DNA of 64,000 nt from Limisphaerales bacterium. GTDB taxonomy: Bacteria; Verrucomicrobiota; Verrucomicrobiia; Limisphaerales; AAA164-E04. Positions 9,799-17,662 of the stretch are shown piece by piece. A program made the translations under genes and the position numbers. Position 1 is the first letter of the stretch; each line of letters starts with the position of its first letter. Under the pieces are notes generated by a model. That model was not told the DNA's origin, ran no database searches, and saw nothing but the letters and a program-made list of their open reading frames with translations. The stretch covers positions 91,289 through 155,288 of the forward strand of contig OZ241891.1 of NCBI GenBank assembly GCA_965203425.1, in the 5' to 3' direction.

Positions 9799-12562
9799 AA
9801 GTTTTCTTTTCTTGGCTGTGGCGCTCAAAAAGGCTTCTTATTCGCGTCGTCAATACGCCTTGTTCGTCCGCGTCCTTAACAGACGCTTTGGCATCCCCGC
9901 CGTCGTTCTCTTCCTTGACCAAGACGAACTCTTCACGCTGGCCTTTGTTTATCGCCGTCCCAATAAGCGCGAGCCTAAGCGCGATGTGCTTGGAAGAGTG
10001 TTTTTGATAAGAGAAATTAATCCGCGCAATCCTCACCGCGCTCCCTTGGACATTCTCGCCTCTCTTTCGTTGGACGCCCGCCTCCGCTGGATGAGCGACA
10101 ACCGCAAGCCCCGCAACTTTGACGGACTCCTTGACGCATGGCTGGCCGCGCTGGACGCTCAGGAACTCAACAAGCGCTTCTATCGCGAACTCCTTGCTTG
10201 GTTCGAGCGCGCCTGCGAGCAAGCCAGATTCCCAAAGGTCGGCGCCAGAACCTTCCGTCCGCAAGAGCATGTCATCCGGCTCATCACCCGCTTGCTCTTC
10301 ATCTGGTTCCTCAAGGAGAAGAGCCTTGTTGCTTCCGAACTCTTCGTCGAGCAGCAAGTCGCCTCGCTCCTCAAAGACTACGACCGCGACTCCGGCGACT
10401 CCTACTATCGCGCCATTCTCCAAAACCTCTTCTTCGCAAACCTCAACACTGAAATCGACAGACGCGGTTTCAGCAAGGGGAGCAACGCCACGCACCGCGA
10501 TTTCTCTCGCTATCGCTACGAGAAGGAGATCGCTACCCCCGCCCAGTTGCTCGCCCTGTTCGCGCAAACGCCGTTCATCAATGGCGGCCTGTTTGACCGC
10601 TACAAGTTCACCATCGAGGAAAACACGCCCGTCGAACAGGACGTCGCCCTAGATCCCAAACTGCTCGGCAAGGTGTTCGAGAATCTCCTCGCCGCGTACA
10701 ACCCCGAAACCCGCGACACCGCCCGCAAGCAGACCGGCTCTTATTACACCCCGCGCCCTGTGGTGGATTACATGGTGGATGAGGCATTGGTGGCAACACT
10801 GGCGCAAGCGTGTTCGCCAAGCGATGCCGACACAGGGTTTTGGCAAGATCGGTTGCGCTATTTGCTGGACTACGAGGATGCGTTCAACGACGCCCATGAA
10901 CTGTTTGAAGAGGATGAAACAGCGGGCATTGTGCGGGCGATTTCCGAGATCAAAGTGCTCGATCCGGCGGTCGGTTCCGGCGCCTTTCCTATGGCCATCC
11001 TCCACAAACTCATCTTAGCCTTGCGCCGCCTCGACCCTCACAACCACCGCTGGCAACATCTCCAACAAGAACGCGCCCGCGCCAAAGCAGACGCGGCGTT
11101 TGACACGAAAGACCCACGAGAACGCAAAGCCGAACTCAATGAGATCAGCGACACCTTCGAGCAGTATTCGGGCGACTTTGGACGCAAGCTGTATCTCATT
11201 CAAAACAGCATTTTCGGCGTGGATATTCAGCCCATCGCCACGCAGATCGCCAAGCTGCGCTTCTTCATCTCCCCCGCCATCGAACAACAACCCAACCCCA
11301 ACCCCCAAGACAACTTCGGCATCCAGCCCTTGCCCAACCTAGAAACCCGCTTTATCGCCGCCGATACACTCCTCCCGCTCCACAGCAAGATAGATCAACT
11401 TCCTACCAACGACATCCATGACCTCCGCAGAGAACTCGCATCCAACCGCGAACAACATTTCCACGCCGCCAATCCTCACAAGAAGCTGGAATATCGAACC
11501 AAAGACAAAGAACTCCGAGAAAAACTGGCCGCCGCCCTCCGCGCCGCCGACTTTTCCTCTGAGGCCGCCCGCAAAATCGCCCACTGGAATCCCTACGACC
11601 AAAACGCCCAAGCCCCCTGGTTCAACCCCCATTACATGTTCGGCATCCCCCAAGGCTTCCACATCCTCATCAGCAACCCCCCTTACATCCCACTCCAAAA
11701 AAACCAAGGCCAACTCGCCCAACTCTACCAAAGCGCCAACTACCAAACCTTCGCCCGAACCGGCGACCTCTACCAACTCTTCTACGAACGCGCCTGCCAA
11801 CTGCTTCTGCCAAAGCGCGGCCTGCTCGCTTATATCACCTCCAACAGTTGGCTGAAGGCGCAATACGGCAAATCCACGCGCCGCTATTTCGCCGAGCAAC
11901 ACACGCCCCTGCAACTGGTGGAAATGGGCAAAGATGTTTTTGAAAACGCCAGCGTTGACACCAACATTCTGATAGCGCGTCGCGGCAAAAGCGATGCGAT
12001 CTGCAAGGCGGTGGACATGGATCGCCTGCCCGATAAAGACTTCCCGCCCAACGAAAAACATTGGTCGCCTTTTACTCCGCAACTCGCAAAACGCCAAGAC
12101 CAAGGCCAAACTCCCTACAACCTCCGCCCCTGCGCCTACCACCAAGACTTTGAAAAAGAAAAGCTAGTGTGGACGGATATATCAAGAGAAGGTCGTTTTT
12201 CCTACGATGACGGAGGAATATACTGCGAAGCCACTGCATTTATGATGACTGGGAACAGCATCAAATACCTATGCGCTTTGCTTAACGCAAAACTAACTCA
12301 CTGGTTTCTTCGGCAAAATTCGCCGCAACTGGGTACGGAGGCATTGCGCTGGAAAAAGGTTTATGTAGAAAACATCCCCATCCCCAAAATCTCCGCCGCC
12401 GAACAACTCCCCTTCCTCCGCCTAGTCGATTGCATCCTGGCCTCCAAAGCCTCTAACCCCGCCGCCGACACCGACAAGTTAGAAAAAGAAATCAACCACC
12501 TCGTCTATTCCCTTTACGGTTTAACGGCAGATGAAATCGTAGCAGTGGAAAATCGAACTTGA
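9707..12562 (+). CDS. Eco57I/PglX/DrmMI-type N6-adenine DNA methyltransferase with a TaqI-like C-terminal specificity domain (longest ORF in the current G16 state)
   Basis: GSYYTPRPVVDYMVDEAL, motif I VLDPAVGSGAFPMAILHKL, motif IV ILISNPPYIPLQ. The C-terminal TRD-like region reads KLVWTDISREGRFSYDD..LNAKLTHWFL..VENIPIP..LYGLTADEI. Confidence 0.88.
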   Translation: MLALLVWFSNLLRKRCGGGGGERLSEESLHRSFLFLAVALKKASYSRRQYALFVRVLNRRFGIPAVVLFLDQDELFTLAFVYRRPNKREPKRDVLGRVFLIREINPRNPHRAPLDILASLSLDARLRWMSDNRKPRNFDGLLDAWLAALDAQELNKRFYRELLAWFERACEQARFPKVGARTFRPQEHVIRLITRLLFIWFLKEKSLVASELFVEQQVASLLKDYDRDSGDSYYRAILQNLFFANLNTEIDRRGFSKGSNATHRDFSRYRYEKEIATPAQLLALFAQTPFINGGLFDRYKFTIEENTPVEQDVALDPKLLGKVFENLLAAYNPETRDTARKQTGSYYTPRPVVDYMVDEALVATLAQACSPSDADTGFWQDRLRYLLDYEDAFNDAHELFEEDETAGIVRAISEIKVLDPAVGSGAFPMAILHKLILALRRLDPHNHRWQHLQQERARAKADAAFDTKDPRERKAELNEISDTFEQYSGDFGRKLYLIQNSIFGVDIQPIATQIAKLRFFISPAIEQQPNPNPQDNFGIQPLPNLETRFIAADTLLPLHSKIDQLPTNDIHDLRRELASNREQHFHAANPHKKLEYRTKDKELREKLAAALRAADFSSEAARKIAHWNPYDQNAQAPWFNPHYMFGIPQGFHILISNPPYIPLQKNQGQLAQLYQSANYQTFARTGDLYQLFYERACQLLLPKRGLLAYITSNSWLKAQYGKSTRRYFAEQHTPLQLVEMGKDVFENASVDTNILIARRGKSDAICKAVDMDRLPDKDFPPNEKHWSPFTPQLAKRQDQGQTPYNLRPCAYHQDFEKEKLVWTDISREGRFSYDDGGIYCEATAFMMTGNSIKYLCALLNAKLTHWFLRQNSPQLGTEALRWKKVYVENIPIPKISAAEQLPFLRLVDCILASKASNPAADTDKLEKEINHLVYSLYGLTADEIVAVENRT
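9755..9770. repeat. Homopolymeric G16 tract inside a methyltransferase coding region (candidate contingency/phase-variation tract)
   Basis: Direct count gives 16 consecutive G at 9755-9770. It is the longest homopolymer I noticed in the window. Confidence 0.95.
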
Positions 12563-12610
12563 CGGCTTTGGCTGGTCTGTTTTACGGTTTTCTCAAAAAG
12601 AAAATTGAGA

Positions 12611-13474
12611 ATGAACGAAATCGACAGAACGAAGGAAACTTTGCCCAATTTCGGCGGATATTGGACGCGTAAAAAATTGGATATACTTGAACGATATCTT
12701 GATGCTTACACCACCGCATTGAAACGCAAGTCTTTCAGTTTGATGTACATAGACGCGTTTGCCGGCACAGGAGACATCGGACGACGTCAGCAAGAAGATG
12801 AAGATGCAAAGATGCTCATTGAGGGTTCCGCGAGCAGAGCATTAAAAATTGACGACAAACTTTTTGATCGGTTGATCTTTGTTGAAAAAGACCGTGATCG
12901 ATACTGTCAACTAAGAAATCTATGTCAGAAAAATTCGGGCAGAGACATTCGAATTGAAAATGCCGATGCAAACTCTTTTCTGGCCAATAAATTGCAGGAA
13001 GATTGGAAGAAGTGGCGCGGCGTTCTTTTTTTGGATCCGTTTGCAACCGAAGTCGAGTGGAAAACCGTTCGACATATAGCGAGATTTAAGTTGGACGTCT
13101 GGATTCTTTTTCCAACTTCTGCAGTGATTCGTATGTTGCCTAAATCAAGAAAACCAGATCAAAAACTGGCTGGGACTTTGACTCATGTTTTTGGCGACGA
13201 GAGCTGGCGATGTCTCTATTCCGTCAATCCGCAACAGTCTTTGTTTGGCGACAAAATGCATCAAAGAGATAGAGGCAGTTTTGACATCATCAAACTATAC
13301 AAGGACAAATTGCACGAACTGTTCGGCAATAGATTTATGGAAAAATCTAAGACGCTCAAAAACTCTAAAAACGCTCCTCTCTTTGAGTTTATGTTTTGCG
13401 TTGGCAGCTCGAGTCCAAAAGCAATAGATCTTGCCAAAGGAATAGCTAAACATATCATAAACATGGTCGATTGA
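12611..13474 (+). CDS. TcmP-like (three-Cys-motif partner) protein, predicted methyltransferase fold
   Basis: GGYWTRKKLDILERYLDAYTTAL, a motif-I-like YIDAFAGTGD and a motif-IV-like LFLDPFATE. It lies directly upstream of a DUF5131 gene with a 3-nt gap, which is the known TcmP pairing. It is visibly more AT-rich than its neighbours. Confidence 0.6.
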   Translation: MNEIDRTKETLPNFGGYWTRKKLDILERYLDAYTTALKRKSFSLMYIDAFAGTGDIGRRQQEDEDAKMLIEGSASRALKIDDKLFDRLIFVEKDRDRYCQLRNLCQKNSGRDIRIENADANSFLANKLQEDWKKWRGVLFLDPFATEVEWKTVRHIARFKLDVWILFPTSAVIRMLPKSRKPDQKLAGTLTHVFGDESWRCLYSVNPQQSLFGDKMHQRDRGSFDIIKLYKDKLHELFGNRFMEKSKTLKNSKNAPLFEFMFCVGSSSPKAIDLAKGIAKHIINMVD

Positions 13475-13477
13475 TGC

Positions 13478-14185
13478 ATGGCTTTACAAACGCAGATTGA
13501 ATGGACTGGAGTGACTTGGAATCCGGTGACGGGTTGTTCGAAGGTGAGCGAGGGGTGTCGGCATTGTTATGCGCATCGGCTGGCGTTGCGGCTTCGGGCG
13601 ATGGGCAATCGGCGATATGCCAATGGGTTTCGGGTAACTTTGCACAAGGATTTAGTGGATGCGCCGTTTCGATGGCGTTCGCCTCGCGTGGTGTTTGTGA
13701 ACTCGATGAGTGATTTGTTTCATCACAAAGTGCCGGTTTATTTTCTTCGGCAAGTGTTTGAGACGATGAACAAATGCCGGCAACACACTTTCCAAATACT
13801 CACGAAGCGAAGCGAGCGGCTGCGACGGTTGGCCGGCAAGTTGGAGTGGACGAAAAATATCTGGATGGGAGTTAGCATTGAAAACGAGAGCGTATATCAT
13901 CGCATTGAGGATTTGCGACAAGTTCGATCCCATGTGCGTTTTTTGTCGTGCGAGCCTTTGATTGGCCCGATAGAGGAGTTGCCTCTGGACGGCGTTCATT
14001 GGGTGATTGTCGGCGGCGAATCAGGACCGGGGGCTAGGCCAATGAAAACCGAGTGGGTGCGCTCGATTCTGGAGCAGTGCAGGAAGTCTGGGGTGCCGTT
14101 CTTTTTTAAACAATGGGGCGGGGTTTGCAAGCGTCAAAACGGCCGCATGTTGGACAATCGCACTTACGATGAAATGCCGGTGTAA
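13478..14185 (+). CDS. DUF5131 / phage Gp37-Gp68 family protein (three-Cys motif)
   Basis: The N-terminus TQIEWTGVTWNPVTGCSKVSEGCRHCYAHRLA is the family hallmark. Later comes HWVIVGGESGPGARPM..PFFFKQWGG. Confidence 0.85.
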   Translation: MALQTQIEWTGVTWNPVTGCSKVSEGCRHCYAHRLALRLRAMGNRRYANGFRVTLHKDLVDAPFRWRSPRVVFVNSMSDLFHHKVPVYFLRQVFETMNKCRQHTFQILTKRSERLRRLAGKLEWTKNIWMGVSIENESVYHRIEDLRQVRSHVRFLSCEPLIGPIEELPLDGVHWVIVGGESGPGARPMKTEWVRSILEQCRKSGVPFFFKQWGGVCKRQNGRMLDNRTYDEMPV

Positions 14186-14269
14186 AGCGTAAATAATATG
14201 ATATAGTTTTCTTGACCGAGTGGATGAATGAATAAGGTAAAGATTGAATGGAGGAAGGGGGCGGGTTTT

Positions 14270-15232
14270 CTAGAGGAGTTGTTGGAGCCAGTGTTGGATT
14301 TTTTGGGAGACTTCGACGGCGGAGTTGTTGAGGAGGCAGTGGGGTTTGGAAAAGCGGCAGTAGTCAAAGCAGGGTTTGTGGGGGCAGGGTTTGCCTTCGA
14401 TGTAGGCGGCTTGGGGATGGTTGGGGAGGAACCATTGAGGGCGTTGGGGTCCGAAGATGGTGAAGGTGGGGATGCCTAGGGCGGCGGCGAGATGACCGGG
14501 GCCAGAGTCGTTGCCGATGAAGGCAGTTGCGTTTTTCAAATGGCGGATGAGTTCGGCGAGGTTTGCGGGGCAATGGGCAAGGTGGCCGATGGATTTCCAT
14601 TCTTGTTTTTGGTTGGGGTCGCAGAGGATTTGGGTTGACCAGCCTGCGCGTTGGAGGCTATCGGCGAGTTGGGCGTAGCGGGGGATTGGCCAGACGCGGA
14701 CTGCTTGGGCGGCGCCGGAGTGAATGAGGGCAAGGCGTTGGGAAGATTGGCCGAGTGGGGAATGCGAAGGACAGTGGATGGAAAGTCCGAGGGCGTGGCC
14801 GAGGATTTTCCATTGGGCGGCGCGGGATGCGTCGGGATGGATTTTGGGGAGTGGTTCGGTGAGAAGGAGTTGGCTGCCTAAGCGGGGAAAGCCGATGCGG
14901 CGGGGCGCGCCGGAAAGCCGAAGGATGAGGTGATCGCGGGGATCGCGACGGGCGGAGGCGGCGATGTGCGGTTTTTGTTGGCGGATTTGCCGCAAGATTG
15001 TTTGGAGTGTTTGCCAAGGCCAGTGGTGAAGTTGGTATTTGCCGGTGAATTGTGTCCAAGGGGCGATGAAGGGAAGGACGGTGATTTGGGGCCAAAGTTC
15101 TTTGGCGAGTTCGGCGGCGTGGGGTTTGGCGAGCAGGATGACGCGAAAACGGCGGCTGGCAGTTTGGAGGAAGGCGGAGCCGATGGCCAGATCGCCGATG
15201 CCCCAAAATTCGGTGATGAGCAGGGTTTTCAC
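14270..15232 (-). CDS. Glycosyltransferase family 9 (LPS heptosyltransferase-like)
   Basis: MKTLLITEFWGIGDLAIG and FIGNDSGPGHLAAALGIPTFTIFGP. A 4-nt overlap links it to the upstream gene. Confidence 0.85.
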   Translation of the reverse strand: MKTLLITEFWGIGDLAIGSAFLQTASRRFRVILLAKPHAAELAKELWPQITVLPFIAPWTQFTGKYQLHHWPWQTLQTILRQIRQQKPHIAASARRDPRDHLILRLSGAPRRIGFPRLGSQLLLTEPLPKIHPDASRAAQWKILGHALGLSIHCPSHSPLGQSSQRLALIHSGAAQAVRVWPIPRYAQLADSLQRAGWSTQILCDPNQKQEWKSIGHLAHCPANLAELIRHLKNATAFIGNDSGPGHLAAALGIPTFTIFGPQRPQWFLPNHPQAAYIEGKPCPHKPCFDYCRFSKPHCLLNNSAVEVSQKIQHWLQQLL

Positions 15233-15888
15233 GGGGCGGGTTTTTGGGCGATTAGATAGGCGGACCAGCCGATCCAGTGGATTTTGGCGGTGAATTTTTG
15301 GCGGCTGGCGGGCAGGAAGCGATAGAAGAGATGAGCGAGGGCAAAGAGCCAGTTTCTGGAGGTGCCGGAGCGGAGGATTTTGAGGCGGTTTTTTCGAGCG
15401 AGTTGCGCGAGGGCACCTGTGCTGACGAGTTTGGTGTGGGTCAAGTCATCAAAGAAGTTTAGGGTAAAGGCGCCGGCGCTGAGGTCAGCAAGGCTGGGAA
15501 GGGTGAGTGTTTTGGGATGGGGCGTTTCGAAGTAGACTTTTCCGCCGGGTTTGAGGAGGCGGGCGATTTCGGAGATCAGGATTGTCAGGTTGTCTAGATG
15601 TTCGACCAAGTGCATGCAGGTGATGGCGTCCATGGATTGGTTTTGCCAAGGGAGGGTTTCGGTGTTGAGGTTGGCTTGGCGGTATTGGCATCCAGGCGGG
15701 TAGTGGTTTGGTTGGCCGGCGATGTCGGCGGCGTTGAAGTGGAGGTCGGGGCGTAGTTCGTAGAAGTGGCGGAGGGTTTCGCCATCGGAAGAGCCGAGGT
15801 CTAAAATATGGCCTTTTTGGGGCGTTGCGGCTAAAAAGCGCGAACGGGTATCCAGCCAAGGAAAGACGCGGAGAAGTTTCCAGTTCAT
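15229..15888 (-). CDS. Class I SAM-dependent methyltransferase
   Basis: ILDLGSSDGETL (motif I), MDAITCMHLVEHL, LLKPGGKVYFETP. The 4-nt overlaps on both sides indicate an operon. Confidence 0.8.
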   Translation of the reverse strand: MNWKLLRVFPWLDTRSRFLAATPQKGHILDLGSSDGETLRHFYELRPDLHFNAADIAGQPNHYPPGCQYRQANLNTETLPWQNQSMDAITCMHLVEHLDNLTILISEIARLLKPGGKVYFETPHPKTLTLPSLADLSAGAFTLNFFDDLTHTKLVSTGALAQLARKNRLKILRSGTSRNWLFALAHLFYRFLPASRQKFTAKIHWIGWSAYLIAQKPAP

Positions 15889-17102
15889 GCGCTGTCGGGT
15901 TTTTGATGTTTGTTTTGGGTGGAGAAAGCGCTTGAGGAAGAATCGGAGCGGCTTTCCGGGCGTTTTTGAGAGGGCAAAGACAGCTCTCGATAGACTTTTT
16001 GGTAGGCTTGAAAAACCTGCGAGGCGCAGCGATGCCGAACGGAGTCGCGAATATTTGCGGGCGGTTGGAATTCATCTGGCGCAAGAATCGATTTTTCGAG
16101 GCATTGTTTTAGGGATTGGGGGTCGTTCGGCTGAAAGAGCAGTCCGCAACCCTGTTTTACGATGTCTGGGCAGCCGCCGCTGTTGGAAACAATGGCGGGC
16201 AGTCCCAGCGCTAAGGCTTCCATCAAGGCGACCGAACAAGGTTCGTTGGAGGAAGGGAGCGCGAACAAGTCGCTTTGCAGGAGTTCGGCGGCGACGTCGG
16301 CGGACGGACCGCAAAGGCGCAATTGGGATTCTAGTCTGCATTGGCGAATCTTCTGGCGAAGTTTGGCAGCGAAGGCGCGGGATTCTGGGAGTTGGAGCGT
16401 TGGCCCCCAGATGTTGCATTGGATTTTCTTTTGCAAGGATTGGGGCAACAGATGGATGGCTTCGGCCAAGATGTCCCATTTTTTCCAGCCGATGAGGCTA
16501 CCAACTCCGATAATTCGGATGGAGCGGTTTTGGGAGCAAAGACCGGGTCGTTCGGCCAAGGGAAGTTGCAAGAATTGGTCTCCATAACAGGCGGAGATGG
16601 TGCGAATTCGACCGTTTTGGTTTTGGGCGTTGAGTCCGTAGTGTTTTGCCATGTTGGGGGTGAGGATTGTTGTGTGCAGTCGTTTGCGCTTGGCGGCCCA
16701 GCGGTACAGGCCGGTTTGGCGGGCGTAGTTGTGGTTGGTAAAAAGCGCCGGCCGCTTTGTCCATTGGGAAAAGAGCATGGCGACCGGCAAGGCGCCTCTG
16801 GAGTGGGCGTGAACCACGTCGTAATGTTCGGCGCCAAGCAGTGCCAGCAGTTCGCGGGTTGCGGGGATTGCTTGCCAAAGCAGGCGAAGGCGGTTTTTGG
16901 ATTCTGCCTGCGCGGCGCGGCTATAGCGGTATTCGAGCGCGGGTTGGCGGGTTTCTTTGTAGGCTTGGTTAACCCATACGGCGTGCTTCCAGCCGTCTGC
17001 GGCGCTGGCGTTTTGCAAGTTGCGGATGACGGAAAGGACGCCGCCGGCATCTTCTCGCTCGCCCGTCAAGTGCAGAATCTTCAAGGGATGTTTGTTCGCC
17101 AT
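15885..17102 (-). CDS. Glycosyltransferase family 4/1 (GT-B)
   Basis: Start chosen at MANKHPLKILHLTGE (ATG at 17102). It has a typical GT4 N-terminus, and the C-terminus reads FALPSSNEPCSVALMEALALGLPAIVSNSGG. The longer ORF back to 17426 is R/L-rich and unlikely to be translated. Confidence 0.85.
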   Translation of the reverse strand: MANKHPLKILHLTGEREDAGGVLSVIRNLQNASAADGWKHAVWVNQAYKETRQPALEYRYSRAAQAESKNRLRLLWQAIPATRELLALLGAEHYDVVHAHSRGALPVAMLFSQWTKRPALFTNHNYARQTGLYRWAAKRKRLHTTILTPNMAKHYGLNAQNQNGRIRTISACYGDQFLQLPLAERPGLCSQNRSIRIIGVGSLIGWKKWDILAEAIHLLPQSLQKKIQCNIWGPTLQLPESRAFAAKLRQKIRQCRLESQLRLCGPSADVAAELLQSDLFALPSSNEPCSVALMEALALGLPAIVSNSGGCPDIVKQGCGLLFQPNDPQSLKQCLEKSILAPDEFQPPANIRDSVRHRCASQVFQAYQKVYRELSLPSQKRPESRSDSSSSAFSTQNKHQKPDSA

Positions 17103-17264
17103 AAGCGGCTTAGTTTTTCCGCAACCTTTTGCAAAACATAGTAAACCGCTGACTTCGTTTTCGGCAAGCTGCTCCTTTAGCCGAAGTTTTTTTCGTTGGC
17201 AAAACTTGTTGCCGCCGATAGAAAAGGAGGAGGCAATTTCAAATCTAATTTTATCGACGAACCG

Positions 17265-17465
17265 ATGGCCACTTATACTTACGAAACCATCCCGCAAAAA
17301 AAAGGGCAAAAGCCCCGGCGTTTTGAAGTGCAGCAGAAGATGACGGATCCGCCATTGAAGAAGCATCCGAAAACCGGCCAGCCGGTCAAGCGCGTGATCA
17401 CCGGGGGGAGCGGTTGGGTGACGCACGGCCCCAGCATCATGTCAATGAACACCAAGAAAAGCTAG
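17265..17465 (+). CDS. FmdB-family-like small protein lacking the zinc-ribbon cysteines
   Basis: MATYTYETIP...RFEVQQKMTDPPLKKHPKTGQPVKRVITGG follows the FmdB pattern (M-x-T-Y-x-Y ... FE..Q.M.D.PL..CP.CG..V.R.I), but both CxxC pairs are replaced. Confidence 0.5.
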   Translation: MATYTYETIPQKKGQKPRRFEVQQKMTDPPLKKHPKTGQPVKRVITGGSGWVTHGPSIMSMNTKKS

Positions 17466-17662
17466 CTGATTTGGAGGCGCCAACCTTCCTTCGCCTCTTC
17501 CAAAGTCAAACAAATCCGCAAGAGAGGAGACCGCGAAAAAAAGGGAATTCAGAGGAATGGTCGACAATGCTTTTGCGCAAAAACGACGGGAAACAGCCTC
17601 TATCTTTTGTTGCCGCATCTTCCAATAGAAAAACGCCGCGACTTTGCCCAAACAGATAAAAA

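Noticed and set aside
9710-12145. Minus-strand ORFs of 285 aa (9710..10567) and 268 aa (11339..12145), plus several plus-strand alternative-frame ORFs
   Set aside because: All overlap the methyltransferase, whose frame carries motifs I and IV. Their low-complexity composition is typical of off-frame translation.
16331-17141. 239-aa (minus) and 266-aa (plus) ORFs within the GT4 gene
   Set aside because: These are alternative-frame or antisense ORFs. The GT4 frame has the conserved glycosyltransferase C-terminal signature.
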